From Chrysomallon squamiferum (Eukaryota > Animalia > Mollusca): a stretch of DNA of 64,000 nt. The notes under the pieces were generated by a model. The model was not told where the DNA came from and did not search any database. It saw nothing but the letters and a program-made list of their open reading frames with translations. The stretch spans positions 15,438,001 through 15,502,000 of the forward strand of contig CM022669.1 in the NCBI GenBank assembly GCA_012295275.1. Reading direction: 5' to 3'. Positions 1-14,567 of the stretch are shown here, piece by piece. Within the stretch, counting starts at the first letter, position 1. Each line of letters opens with the position of its first letter. Position numbers and translations under genes: made by a program.

Positions 1-107
1 GGCTGTAATATTACATAACTTAGCTTGAAGCAAAATCAGTCAGGACATAATGAAGTTTATAATGAACATGATGAAATGTTTTGGTTATGATGATGATAAT
101 AAAAAAA

Positions 108-153
<46 letters not shown>

Positions 154-484
154 GTAATAATAATGATAATAATAAGAACAACAAAATACGTTACTGGAAC
201 TGCTACTGTCTAGGCAACACGGCAACAAAGAAAACCACTGATGACAAAATACACAACGTAGGTGAAGAACATGAATAAAGATAACACTGATGTCGAAAAC
301 ATAATAATCTGATTGTGATTACAGGTATATAGATTGTTTATTGGCCAGGTAAAAATCCTTTGGTTTTTCTGCCAACAAAACCCCCCACCAAGGATCAACC
401 CTGTAGACTAGTGTTGATCGGCACATAATGAAAACAAAATGAGCGTTGAACATGCCTTCATATTTTATAATAATAATGATCATT

Positions 485-531
<47 letters not shown>

Positions 532-2557
532 GTCTTTATTAAACCCTCAGACAGACCTACTGAATGTTTGTTTTTGAAAAGTTAAATTCCTAACATCTTT
601 ACACATTACAAACAAACGCACACACGCAAATACGTACTGTTTATTAAAAATAACAGAAAAAAAAAAAAAAAAAAAAAAAAAGAAAAAGGTATTTGCTTAA
701 ACAATAATATCTTCTTGTTTAAATACTATTTTTGAAATTTCTCAAATTCGTTATCATCCGACAAACACAAGATATTTTTATATTTTTAAAGTTTCCTTTT
801 TTTTTTTTTTTTTTTTTTTTATCTATACCTTCGTTTATTCTTTCTTAAATTAAAGCCAATGACCCCGTTTTACTTACAAGTAATTCAAAGATCTCAGACA
901 GATATCTTGCTAAAAGCTTTGCCGTAAACATGATAAGGCTTCCTTATTTTGTGTTACAATGTTTCTTTTAAAAACGAATTTAAAAAAAAAAAAAAAAGGG
1001 TTAGTAAAAATTAGTGATATTAAAGCAGCATTAAAATAGAAAAATTGTGCCAAGCATAAAAAAAAAAAAAATAATAATAATAATAATAAAAAAAGTGATG
1101 GATAGAAATGGTTTAATTTTAAGGTTAAAAATAAAGAAGTAAATAAAGAGACAAATAAATGAATAAAAAATAAGTAAGTAAATAGAAACTTATCAAAAAA
1201 AAAAAAAAAAAAAAAATTAAAATGAATATTCCTTCATTTTTAGCTTAAAAATTAAAGTTCATATTCAATAAGTAATTGTTCAAAATATTGAAAATAACAA
1301 GCAAGAAAAATAAATTTATAAAAAAGATTATTCAAAAAGCAAAACATGCAATACAAAAATAAATGCTTTATTCTATTGAGAAATCTTAGACGTATTTTAC
1401 TGATGAAACGGAGTTAACATTTTTCTTATCTCTAAAATAAATAAAACTTTGAAAAATGACCAAAAAACCCCCACAACTATATATATATAAATGTATATTA
1501 AAAATCTTTTGGCATGCATGTGTAGCTCATTCTACTAATACTGACAAAAACACTTAACAATAGAGCATAAAAAAAAAGAAGAAGAAAAAAAGCATTGAAC
1601 AATTTCCAGCACTTTTCATCATTTGCTATAGGATGCTAAAAGTTTTATAATGTGCTACCGTAGGTTATTTTCACAAGGCAATAACCGAAAAAAATATTAC
1701 ATTAAACAAAAAATATTATGATACTCTTTTAATTTTTAATTTATTTTGTTGCATGACGATTTAAAATAGATCAACGGAGCAATCGTTTCGTATTAATTAA
1801 TAAAGTTATAAAATAATATTTTCACTGTAATTGTTTTTCTTATATGTTTAGCTGAGGTTTAAGTCGATTTGTTATGTTTTGTAGAAAGCCGAAGAAGGCT
1901 TAAAGAGAAGGGATTTTACTGCTTGTTTGTGGTAGCTCACTATAAGTTTAGCTCATCACAAGTTATTGGAATGTGCAAGTCATTTATTAACTTATCTTAG
2001 AATATTAAAAAAAAAAAAAAAAAACCACAAACATATTAGCTTCTGCTAACTGGAACAATCTTATATAATTCGTATTAGAAATATAGAGACGAAATTTTAA
2101 AATTAAATAATATGGACAATTATTGAACACGAAAAAACGATATTTTAAAAAGGAAATAAAATAATTAAAATAAACTAAGGAGATGTTAATCATAAAAAAA
2201 AAAAAATAAAAAATATGAAAAAGCCTAACTGTAACATTATTTAGAAATCACAACTGTAACCTAATTTATATATTAATTCGTTAACAATTAGTTAATATAT
2301 TGTAAAGGAAACGTAATTTACGTTTCATAACAAGATTAACGTCTTGTAACGTTAAACGACTTAACTTCAACATTATTTAGACTATATATAACTACAATAA
2401 ACAGCCAGCCAGATGCTCATAAAACGAGTTTAACAAGCAAACCCCTTGCGTGACTTATGTTTTCCAGTATCAGAAACGCATGCAGCCTGCACCCGCAAAA
2501 TGTTTTGCCTTAATAAATGACATCAGCATTCTCTTTACACATAGTTCTTCAACTAAC
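1..2557 (-). other. Probable phase-2 intron after helix 8 (terminal exon outside the window)
   Basis: Donor CAG|GTTAGT at 2557. Composition drops to AT-rich, poly-A-laden DNA and I saw no convincing downstream exon. Confidence 0.6.
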
Positions 2558-2843
2558 CTGGGTCTATGCACCTTGCAAAGCTGGAAGGCACCGTAGATCA
2601 TCGGATTCAACATCGTGTTCGTCATCCCGATGATGAAGAACCACAGCATCGTCTTCGGCTCCACTTGCTCCCACTTGAAGAACGTCAGCGAGATGAAGAT
2701 GACGTAGTACGGCGTCCAGCAAATGATGAAGGCGAGGACGATGACGATGGACATCCTCAGAGACTTTTTCTTGGCTTTCCTCAGCAGATTGCTGCGAACT
2801 GGACCTCTGGTCAGTTCCGGCGTTTTACGTATTAAAGTTGAAT
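2558..2843 (-). CDS. CrzR: Exon of the same receptor (ICL3, TM6, ECL3, TM7, helix 8)
   Basis: Acceptor gtatttcAG|AT and donor CCCAG|GTTAGT. The G left over from the upstream exon plus AT gives GAT (Asp), so the phases match. Translation DSTLIRKTPELTRGPVRSNLLRKAKKKSLRMSIVIVLAFIICWTPYYVIFISLTFFKWEQVEPKTMLWFFIIGMTNTMLNPMIYGAFQLCKVHRP, with class A motifs CWxPYY (TM6) and NPxxY (TM7) and a basic ICL3 end. Confidence 0.95.
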
Positions 2844-2929
2844 CTGAAATACATTTGATATGAAAGTGTTATATTTCATACGTTATACGTACATGTGTGT
2901 ATATGGAGGCAAAGTACATATGCACATGA

Positions 2930-3170
2930 ATGCACACACATATATATATATATATTTACACACATACATACATACATACAGGCACACATACATACCTATA
3001 TACATACATATTTACATACATACATATTTACATACATACATAAATACATACATACATATATGCACACGCACACACACACACACACACACATACAGGCATA
3101 CACCAAAAATATATACATAAATAAATATCTTCCTACATACGCACAGGCATAAATATATAATATATACATA
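2930..3170. repeat. (TACA)n/(CA)n low-complexity tract
   Basis: Read directly. It starts about 90 bp from the acceptor of the TM6-7 exon. Confidence 0.9.
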
Positions 3171-3914
3171 TTAAATACGTATTTACTTCTTAAGATTCTG
3201 TGTTTTGTAGTTTTTAAAGATCGTATTTGTGTGATTCATCCTGACTGGATTTTCACGTTAGCTGGAAAACAAATCAGTAAACCAAAACCCCCAACAAATA
3301 TAGGAATATACAAATGTTGCATTACAGAAAGATAGAAAAAAAAAAATAGACTTAAAGAGTAAATGAATAGATAGAAACATACAAACACAAAAATAGAAAA
3401 ACAGAAAGGATCAGACATACAGACATGTAAATATCGAGATTATTGAAAGAAAAGAAAAAGTGACAGAAATATTTTTATTAATTTGCAAAGAAAGTTAAAA
3501 GAGAAGTGTTTTTTTTTTGGTGTTGTTGTTTTTTTTATTCAAAGAAATGTTACAAAGGACAGGTGAAAATACATTTTAATATCATGGCAACAGATATTTC
3601 ATGACAGGTTTTGAGATTCTTCATCACTTTTTGCTGAAAAAACAACAACAAACACTCGTGAAATGTTAGCGGAACTGCTGTTGCAAGCCTTAACTTTAAA
3701 CAAACAAGAACGGTAATTTTAATCTATATAAATGGACAACAGGTTTTAGGGAAGTAATGAATGCCTAACGAAAACCCAACACATATTAACATTAACGGTT
3801 ATACGTATCAATCGTATGCTTCTTTTGTAACGATAATCCAACAAAGAAAAACTCTTGTCAAGTTCGCGGGTTACTCTTACCGTTCAGCAAGAAGAAATCT
3901 ATTATACGCACCTC

Positions 3915-4030
3915 CTGATGGATGGAAAAACATATCATGGCGTTTGATAAACTACGATGAAATGGTTGGCAGAATTAATCATATAACGCATCATGCCTGA
4001 AGCCAGCGCTCTAACCACTCGACTATAGCA
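3915..4030 (-). mobile_element. Decayed tRNA-derived SINE head
   Basis: Minus strand reads GCTATAGTCGAGTGGTTAGAGCGCTGGCTTCAGG: a Pol III A-box/D-arm-like segment (TAGTCGAGTGG) followed by a degraded B-box. There is no complete cloverleaf. Confidence 0.5.
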
Positions 4031-5343
4031 AGGTCTAGCTGTTCGCATTATCAAAATACGAGGTGTTCAAAGACGTCAAATCATTGTTGACTATTTAATC
4101 TTCATTATTTACAAAATACCAATTCGACGACACGAACAAATGAAGTATGACAGCAATTATAAATCAGTTACATTGTTAAGTTAACTTTTTAATAAATAGC
4201 ACAATCTTTAAAGGAAAGTAAACATTATGTTGTTTACGATATAGCTTTGAAGCAGTTAATTGAAATTCATTGTGTAGCAGTAACATGAACCATGATGATG
4301 TTTTTGTCTTGTTTATTGACAAATGTTATTGATATGAAGTGGAAATCGGTTAATCCATTTTCAAGGTAATTTAAAAAAAAAAAAAATAAGGCTGCAGTAT
4401 GTTTAACAATTTGTCTTCATGTAAGCTAATGTTATCAAACAGGTTCTCATAAATGAAGTTAATAACATGATATTACCCAGTAAACTCCCCAACCCCCCGC
4501 CCCAAGAAAACCCAAACAAAAGCGAAATCAAATACCAGCTTAAAGAAAATGCTAGGACACATATATACATAAAAAAATACACTCATGTATATGCAAAACG
4601 TTCTTGTGTATGTCTACATAGACACTTTTTCATTACTGCGTTTCAAGTGGTATGCTAGTCAGTAATATGTAACATATTGTTGATCACATCGATTTATCCA
4701 CACAAACTATGATTTAGACTATTACAAACTGCCATACTATCAGATGAATTTTTTTATTACTTTTCTTATACTGTCCGTAAATTGATTTTTCTTTTTTTCA
4801 TTTCGGAAAATAATAAATTTTATGGCAATAAGCAGATATCCAAAAAAAAAAAAAAAAGAGCAAAAAAGCAATCATTTTTGATATTAAAGCATACTTGCTA
4901 TATTAATTTCACCTTTCGTTGATTTTTAATTTAAAAACGCAGCCCCAAAAGAAATAGTCATAAATAATTTCAGTTCTTAACATTTCAGAATTATAAATAT
5001 TTCCATGGACAAGGAAAAAGCTATAAATTTATCGAAAGAACTGAAATCGTTTAAATGGGTTAATGTTCTGTGATCGGTTAATTATTTATGCCTTAAAAGG
5101 GAATCATAAGCAACAAATCCCATTAATTTACGTCAATGTTAATTCACAAGAACGTAAAGACTGCAAGCCATTAAGAACAAAATGTGCTTTATTATTAATG
5201 TATATATATATTATTGTATATCGATAGTTTTACTGTCTTACACTAAACAAATTACAGGCTGGGCTTACATGAACCTGATTTCAAGCTTGTTTGACTTTTT
5301 ATATCGAACTGCCAAAGATAAGAAAGTACATTACTATAACTAA

Positions 5344-5645
<302 letters not shown>

Positions 5646-6077
5646 TATTTATGCACACAAGCGCACAGAAGCATCTGTTTTTTTGTGGCCAATATCAAAT
5701 ATTTTGATATTTCTGTCACAGAAATCTGTCTAGGAAAGGAATGAACTTTCCAGAAGGAATTACGTTCCGAACTGAATAAACAAAACTATTATCCCGGTCT
5801 CAGACATGTGATCAACTGAACAGACGGCATATTTGTGTTTGTATCTTTGGACTGAAACGAAAGGGAAGTTATCACTGCCCGGGGCACTAAACGTGTCCTT
5901 TTATTGCGTGGCATCTGCTAAAGCGTAAACGACAGTCGTACTCTCTTCTCTTTGTGCAACAAGTAATGATGCAGCGTACAAAAGTCCGAAGAAAATTGAC
6001 AGGCATGTAGTAATTTAGATCATGTCCAAAAACGACGAGAGATTGGCGTTAAGGTTCTAGTCTGCGACGTATGTCTT

Positions 6078-6119
<42 letters not shown>

Positions 6120-7560
6120 ATTGGAGAAAAAAGAAGAATTCTTGAGACAGTCCTTCACTTTAGAATAGAATTCGATTTTAACGTGGGTGATTTGCTTTCA
6201 GTTACTTGGGACTTCGAGTTACCTTGTCCATTGCCATTAAGTGACAAAAATGAGATAAATTCCTTCTGGAGTGTTAAGAAAGGAATGAAGAAGAAGACGG
6301 AGAAAAAGAAAAAAGAAGAATACCTTGAGAAAACTGAAGTAGAGAAAAAAAGAGAAGATACAGACGATGCCGAAAAAAAGAAGTAACAGAAATAACCGAC
6401 AAGATGAAGAAGACGACGAGAAAAAAAGTATGTGAAACAGAAAAATGATAGAAGAGAGTAAAAAGAAAAGTAAAATAATAATAAAGTAAAGCGTAAAAAA
6501 AGACGACAGACGAAGTAGAAGAAAACAACAGGTTCAAGAATAACAGTAATAATAAAAAAAAGAAAGTGAAAAGAAAAAATTACAGATAAAGACATAAAAC
6601 CGAAAAAGAAGAAAAGTTAAAATCGGAATGGACACAACGAATCATTAATTAAGATACCATTTTAATAACTACAAGCAAATTCAGTATTTAAATTTTGTTT
6701 TTTGAGATCACTCAATCTGATGCATACGTTTTCTGCAAGACAAATGTATAATGTCTTTTTATATACACCAGAGAGAACATACACGACACCATAAACCCCA
6801 AAGAGACACGAAGACAGTTCAATGATATTTCAATAATCTTAATGGCCTTTCCAGCAAAAAACGCGTGGAGCTGACGAAACGAAGAATAACTCCTTTGCTA
6901 ATTGCAATACTGAAAACAGATTTGAGAGAACATTTCTCATGCCATTTAAGCACGTTTTCAACATCATTACTGCAGTGCTGACATGCCGATAATAAAGTTA
7001 CGTGTTTTGGGCCCCTCGACAGTAAGAGATAGAACGATTAAGTTAAACGTTTTATTGAAAATATCAGATGGTTAATGTTGATGATACGGGTTATGAGTGT
7101 CGATGTATGAGTGTGCACTGAAGAAAATGTAAAAAGTCTGTTGCTGTATGTTTCTGTTTTTGCTACTGTCGGCAGAGACAAGAAAATTCTTAAACACGCA
7201 TAAGAGAAGCGTGCTTTGTAGTGAAAGCCAGCGTTAATATTTGTGTATGTATGTGTATGTGTGTTTTTGTATGAATATTTATGCGGTGTGTATGTATGTA
7301 TGTGTCTGTATGTATGTGTGTGTGTCTGGTTATATAACTGTGTATCTTCATGTACTCCAACAAAGGGTTATCAAAGTCAGTGGTAGGTACTGTAATACTT
7401 TCATGTCTACGGTATAGTGTGTGTTTATAGGATTCGTTACTGTTAATTGATATCCTTAGGATAGTTTGTTGCGGGTTTCCTCTCGTGTGTCATCATCAAA
7501 TCAAATACACACACAAACCCCTAAAAGCCGTGTCATAAAAATAAATTCAACAGTTTCTTT

Positions 7561-7770
7561 GTCATTGGTCGGTTTCTGATCACGTGATACCTCGGTGTAT
7601 TCTTATTGGTCGAATATACTGATCAGAGGTATTATTCGCTGCCTTTCTGTCAACGTAAGTGCGTATTTGTGCAAGTAAGTAAACACTTATTACGAAGAAA
7701 GGTGAAATACATTTTAGAAATGATCCCTTTTCTTACCCTTAGTTCTTGTTTGAGATGACGTCACGTGAGG
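7561..7770. promoter_or_regulatory. Candidate intronic cis-regulatory cluster (2 inverted CCAAT, 2 E-boxes, 1 CRE)
   Basis: ATTGG at about 7564 and 7605, CACGTG at 7581 and 7762, TGACGTCA at 7756-7763. Motif presence only; this could be a repeat remnant. Confidence 0.25.
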
Positions 7771-7909
7771 GTTGTAGACTTTCGAAACGTCACACCCTGC
7801 CATTTTCAAACTGCCGTTAGAGTCTGCAAATTTATAAACTTCAGATTTTACAACAGTTCATTTCAGTTACGTTTACATGCATACAGGTACATGCGTTTTG
7901 TTTCTGTAC

Positions 7910-8008
7910 AAATGTATGTATGTATGTACGTACGTATGTAAGCATGCATGGAAGCATATTCAGGCATAAATGCATGTACGTATGTAACTATATATGTATT
8001 TACTAACC

Positions 8009-8048
<40 letters not shown>

Positions 8049-8069
8049 TGTATGTATATATGGACGTAC

Positions 8070-8130
<61 letters not shown>
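7910..8130. repeat. (TATG)n, (TG)n, (TA)n compound microsatellite
   Basis: Read directly. Confidence 0.9.
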
Positions 8131-8755
8131 TGTAAGTAAGTTTGGGTGTGTGAATATATATATGTAAATTTATAATGTTTGTCAGTATTTCACTTTTAGT
8201 TCATTAACCCTTTATGCTAAAAGAAGAAGAAAACGAAGAAAAAAAAGACATCACATAAATTATCTTTCAGCAGTGCAAAATAACAACCTGCCAAGATGAA
8301 CAAAATCTTCAGAGAACGTGCGAGGCGTGTAAAATAAAAATAATAGATTTTATTTGACTATTGCTGCTAACACGTGTCAGCATGGCATAGAGGTAATGCT
8401 ACGGTTTGCTTTCAAGAGTTCTTTGACGTTAGTGCACTGCTCTGGTTGATTGTAGTGAATAGTAATCATGCGATAACGCTCGTATTCCCCATGCAAATGT
8501 CGTTATGGCTTCGAGCATGCGAGAAAGCCTTGTGTGTTATTCCGAGTGCTCGTTTGTTTTGTGTTAAATGTATCGTGTGATAGAGGGTCGACTACTGGGT
8601 GATAAAAACGTAGACATTTAAAAAGTAAGCCGTAATGATGATGATGATGATTATGATGATGATGATAATAATAATAACAATAATTACATATCAACAATTA
8701 TAAAAGCAAAAAAGATTATAAAAAGAAGTCAGAACAACAATATGAAATCAGGCAA

Positions 8756-9032
8756 AGTGTGTGTGTGTTTGTGTGTGTGTGTGTGTATACATACACATAT
8801 ACATATATACAGTACCCATTTGTAAAATGATATACTGCATTAATATATTATATATGTGTGTTGTATGACAGTTTGTGTGTGTGCGTGCGTGCGTTCTGTA
8901 TGTATCTGTGTGTATGTATGTGTATGTATATATGTAAATATATGTGTATTTTTGTATGTGTATACATATCTATCTATATATATCAATCTATCTGCATATA
9001 TATATATATACATATATGTTTGTATGCAAGTA

Positions 9033-9067
<35 letters not shown>

Positions 9068-9070
9068 GTT
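8756..9070. repeat. (TG)/(TATG)/(TA) compound tract
   Basis: Read directly. Confidence 0.9.
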
Positions 9071-10993
9071 CTGCTGTATCATTCTTTCTGCATTCATTTC
9101 TCTCAACCCTGCCTACTTCAATCATCTAACGTCAGTTACAGTCGATCCAGCCAAAACAAAACGACAAAGTAAGTAAGAATCCAGTGTTAAGTTGCCAAAG
9201 AAAACAAAACATTCTTCAACGGGGAATTCTGCAACTCGCAGAATGAATTGCATTAATTAAAAGTGCATTTTTATTTTTAGTTTCGTTCTGTGAGTTCAAC
9301 GGGCCCTTGTAGCAACAGCGTTGTTAAATAAACAAACTTTCTCGTGATTAAGTGGAATTCTGCTGGTAGAAATTAGACAAGCCATTGCTCCAATTTGTAA
9401 ACGTACATTTCATTGGCGTAACTCGCGTCGGTAGAGTCTGTAAATTCAAAATTCATTGGTTGAGCGATTCAGCAGAGACATCAGCTATGCGAGCCGAATA
9501 TCTTTTGTAAAATTGCGTGCATACACTTGTTTCTGTTTGGTATTGGCATCGATGGATTGATGTATTTTTTAAAATGTTGTACTTAAGTAGATGCATATAT
9601 AATATTGTTTTTGTTTTTTTGAAATATTTATTTGACTTTTGTTTTTGATTTATGTTTAACGCCAAAAAAACCAAACAAAAAAAACAACGAAGTGAAATTT
9701 AAACAGAAAGCTAGTCATTTAAAAGTCATGGTCTATTTCTAGTTACAATGAATTTGTAAATTTGCCAGATAAGCATCTCTGAAAAAAAAAAAATAAAGAA
9801 AAGAAAGGAAAATTTTAAGTAAAATAATGCCAGTTGTAACAAACATTTATTAAAAGACAAATTTCTAACTTAATGTCCATTCATTCACGTGACTGTATAT
9901 CATCTACCTACCTATCTATTTTTGTCATCACTTAGCTGTGTTTTCACAATCAGATAGACGCAGGGATACATATTAATTAATGATCTTAACAGAATTATTT
10001 TTAAAACAATATATTAACTAACTTACGCGTGCTTACACACTTGTTTATATGAAAATATTCTCTAAGCAAAAAGCATCAGCCATTATTTTGTTATTCACGT
10101 TTATCCGTCTTTGAAAATGCACGTATCGCAAGAGAGAAATTGAAATAACACATATCCGTCTTGACTTGAAACTTAGTTAGAAAAGAGAATTTAAAAAACA
10201 GAAAATAAATAAATAATAAAGCCAAATCAAAAAGAAACAGAGAGAAACAAAAATGCTCAAATAAACAAATTACTGAAATTAAATTCGTGAATGTGACATG
10301 TTTATTACCAAAATATCCCATTTCCTTGTTTAAGAAAACCAGAAATAAAAAAAAAACAGAAAGAGAAAGAAAAAACAGATTTCAAAAGTTCATTAAAACG
10401 TACTCAACAAAAAGCTGTGAAATATGTTAAAGCAGACTGCAAAACAGAAACGAGACATTTCAAACTTGTTAACAATCCATTGGCAGAAAATTACATTTCA
10501 GTTATTTTTTTTAATAATTTGATATACTTTCGTCAAAAATAAAATAAATGTTATTATATTTTTCAGCACATTTTAATTTTACATACAATCTAAAAAACAA
10601 ATATAACATAGTTATATTTAGTCTGTTTTTAATTTCATATACTTACCCATAATAAATATTTTCGTCTTGTTCTTTCTCGACTTTCTCAAATATAATTGTG
10701 ACATTGTTTTAATTCTTAATTTCTGTTCTGTAATTTAATAAATCTTCTCGAAACAACTGTGACATTATTACATTTTTGCTATTTTTTGGTTTCATATGCA
10801 CGCCAGAAATAAATGTCTTTGAGCACGACATTAGATAATAAAATAACACGAATCTCTTCTTTATTCGGTTACGATTCTGACGTCAGGAATACTTCGTGTC
10901 GTATCCATGGATTACATAATTAATTATGACGTCTAAGTCACCATGCACGATTTACATAATGCAAGTAATGTTCTGACCTTGAACAAAATTAAT

Positions 10994-11033
<40 letters not shown>

Positions 11034-11151
11034 ATTAAAAATAAAAAAAATAATGACACTGTGTCAAGGATGAAATTCACGAATACCTATCCAGTAATGT
11101 GTTTTATAAAGACCCTCGATTACCCTGGAGACAAGGATAATAATCTCCAGC

Positions 11152-11192
<41 letters not shown>

Positions 11193-11736
11193 ACAAAAAA
11201 ACGATGCAAGGAAAGACTGCTCTGAATGAATTAGAAATCTTTTGCGGAAAAGGAAGAGAAGAAAAGGTAAAATAGTTAATTACCCTTGTAACACTTTTAT
11301 TAGTGTTGCTTTTTTTTTTTTTTTTTTTTATGAAAACGGAAAAAATTGTTTTATTATAATAAATCCATGCAAAGTTTTAAATAATTGGTTTCATTTTGCA
11401 GTCAAAAAGAGTGAAAAAAACCAAAAACATTCTGATGTTATTAATCCAAACATAATACATATTATTTCTACTAATTAATTGCCAATTAAACATTTATATT
11501 AATTTCGATTACTGCCTGGAGATGCAGACTTATGTATTTCTATTTTTTTGTAATGTAATCAATTACATCTTGAAATTTATATCCACTATAAAAGTAACAC
11601 ATCGTTCGCTGTAATTGTATGGATTATTGAATATTCGGAAACACACATATAGATGTACAGTAAGAAAAAAGATAGAAACAGAAACACACAAAGAGACAGA
11701 CAGACATACGTAGAGACAGAGAGGCCGAATGATAAG

Positions 11737-11855
<119 letters not shown>

Positions 11856-12559
11856 TAAATACATACAGACAAACATAGAGACAGACAGGCAGGCAGACAG
11901 ATAGGCAGACTGACAGACAGAAAGATAAACAGTAAGAGATAAACAGAAAGGACATCATTTATTACAATAGATTTTCTAGCCATTAAAGTCAGATACAATA
12001 TAAATTTCACAATACTTTCCCCAGTGCTCGATAAACAAGCCATAAACCAAGAAAACAGTTTTATTTTTGCGCACACACAAAGTGTTCTTCAATTACCTTT
12101 ACAACGAGTGCTGAATTTATTAAAACAGACACAAGGTAGTTCAAGTTTTTTTACGACACAATTTGTTTTTCGGTTAATGAAGTAGTCTGTTCAGAGAACG
12201 AACTCGAGAGTGATGGACCAAGTACCATTCTAAATGAGCGACATTTGTAGGTATTTAGATCAACCAAGACAAGTGCCGCAATTAGGGAACGGTATGTAGG
12301 AAACAGTGAAGAGATGAGATTTACGTTAATATAATATGCAATACTTAGAATGGAGACAGAAATATAGGCAGATATAAAGATTAACAGAGAGAAATGTATA
12401 GATATGGCTATACATTTACCTATCAGTTTATCCCACCGTACACAGATACACACACACACACACACAAATACACTCTGATACACAGACACAAACACAGACA
12501 TCAGTTGTAATATATATATACACATATAAAGAGAGAACAGAATACGGAAAGATGCAGAG

Positions 12560-12562
<3 letters not shown>

Positions 12563-12626
<64 letters not shown>
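12563..12626. repeat. (GA)n microsatellite
   Basis: Read directly. Confidence 0.97.
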
Positions 12627-12629
<3 letters not shown>

Positions 12630-13096
12630 ATATATACGAACTATTGCTTTTGCCGTGAATTTTTTTTTTTTATAAAGTCGTCATGGTAGTAGTCTTCATC
12701 TCACCAATTGCGATCTTATAAATAAGCCAACAACATGACATTTCCCGTTTCAAATCCGTCTACAACCGCAATATCAACAAACTCATGAAAATAACAGAGG
12801 TGAAGAGATTGTCCATTAAGGAACCAAAGTTTATCTTTTATTTTTATATATTTATTTATTTTGGGTTATTTCGGTGACATACGGTAACGTTTCTAAAACG
12901 TAGAATTGCCCAGCATGATGATGAAAAAGTCAAACTGTTGCTGTTGTTTCTGGCGTCTACGCAACCACTCAAGCCACGATTTTCTCACAACCACTTAACA
13001 AGCGTCGTTAGAAGGTCAAACCTTTCTGTCACAAATGCTGCCGATGTTGTTCGAGATATTTCTTTAACTCTAAATAGTAATTAGTATTATACATAA

Positions 13097-13165
13097 ATAC
13101 ATACATTCATACATACATACATACATACATACATACATACATACATACATACATACATACATACA
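13097..13165. repeat. (ATAC)n microsatellite
   Basis: Read directly. Confidence 0.95.
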
Positions 13166-13904
13166 AAAATAAAGCGCACACGATGTCATAACATCCATAC
13201 AGAAATACATAGACGCACACAGAAACAAAGACATACCCATATGTAGAATCTCATGTTACAGAAACACTACATACACGCTCACATTCGTGTAAAACATAAA
13301 GACACTCATACGTATTCATGTCTAGAACCTACGGAAGAGCATGTTATATAATGCATCCTGAAGCTTCTCCTCGAAAACAACAATAAACCCCAATTTAATT
13401 AAGCACATATCATGCATTCCAAAAAAGCAATACAAATAATAATTCAAATAAAGAAACAAACAAAAAAATAAAAAAAATAAAAAATAAAAAACAAACAAAA
13501 AATCTAAACACAAAAAAACATTTGCTTTATAAATAACTATGTTGTCTGCCGGAACTAATAGTTGTAGATATCTTTCTATCATCAATTTAATCCTATCCTG
13601 TGTTTGGGGTTTTTCCCCTTCTTTTCTGTTATTTCTGAAGTTCTGCGTAACTCATCAGTCTGGATCTGTCTTCGCGTCTAATAGTCACTTGTAGTAGCGT
13701 GTTAACTGGTACAATCATTTCATTGCAAATTAGCACTTCGTCAGAGCGCTATGAGATGGCACTTTTGAACGACGCAGAAGAAGAAGAAGAAGAAGAAACA
13801 AAACGAGTACCACCCTTGAATCAATCACGGGACCACTAGTTGAGAAATTTGTATGCGAGTAGCTTTGATTTGAAGTAGTGTTACAGATTAGACAGAGTTT
13901 ACTG

Positions 13905-14178
13905 TGCTCTACGGTTTAAAAGGTGCAGTTTTAAATAACGAACCGTTTGAAGCAGTTCCCTCTGTTTAAAATATTTATACATAAATTTCATCAATGACAG
14001 TCTTACCATTTAGATACTGTACAGGAATATGGTATTTTGAAACGGTCTACTGTACAGTAAGATTCTATTTTCAAAGAGCCCTATCATTTAGAAACGGGAA
14101 GATTACATTTTGAAATAGTCCTACGGTTTAGAAACTGTACAGAAGTATTGAAACAAATCTGCGGTTTAGAAATGCGAC
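13905..14178. repeat. Degenerate ~40-bp tandem repeat
   Basis: Recurrent CGGTTTAGAAA/CATTTAGA, ACTGTACAG and TTTTGAAA blocks. Confidence 0.55.
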
Positions 14179-14511
14179 TTACATTTGACGCGGCCGACTA
14201 CAAACGTGGACACTTATAATCGGACATGTTTATATGTGTCCAAGATGATCAAAATTCATTGCAGTCTCGCTTTTGGAACTGATGAACATTTAACGAAAAT
14301 TCAAGCACAAACCGAAAATCGGCTGTTAGCCGTAAACATACGAACATCTTCAATAAACTCATTTACAAGTTAAATTAAAACGCAGTATTTAGGTCTGTGC
14401 AAAAATAGGTATGACAGTTAAGAAGATCTTAGACACGTGAATATAAAACAAAACTCACTATTAATATAAATTCAGATGTGTACATAAAATAACAATACAA
14501 ATACAAATACA

Positions 14512-14567
<56 letters not shown>

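Noticed and set aside
318-400. Possible terminal exon after ctacAG (RVDPWWGVLLAEKPKDFYLANKQSIYL*)
   Set aside because: No polypyrimidine tract and no resemblance to Ser/Thr-rich receptor tails.
2566-2835. 89-aa plus-strand ORF antisense to the TM6-7 exon
   Set aside because: Shadow ORF. The very high GC3 of the sense exon removes antisense stop codons, and the peptide has no recognisable features.
3990-4035. tRNA gene
   Set aside because: Only an A-box/D-arm-like half is present, with no intact T-arm or acceptor stem, so it is treated as a SINE relic.
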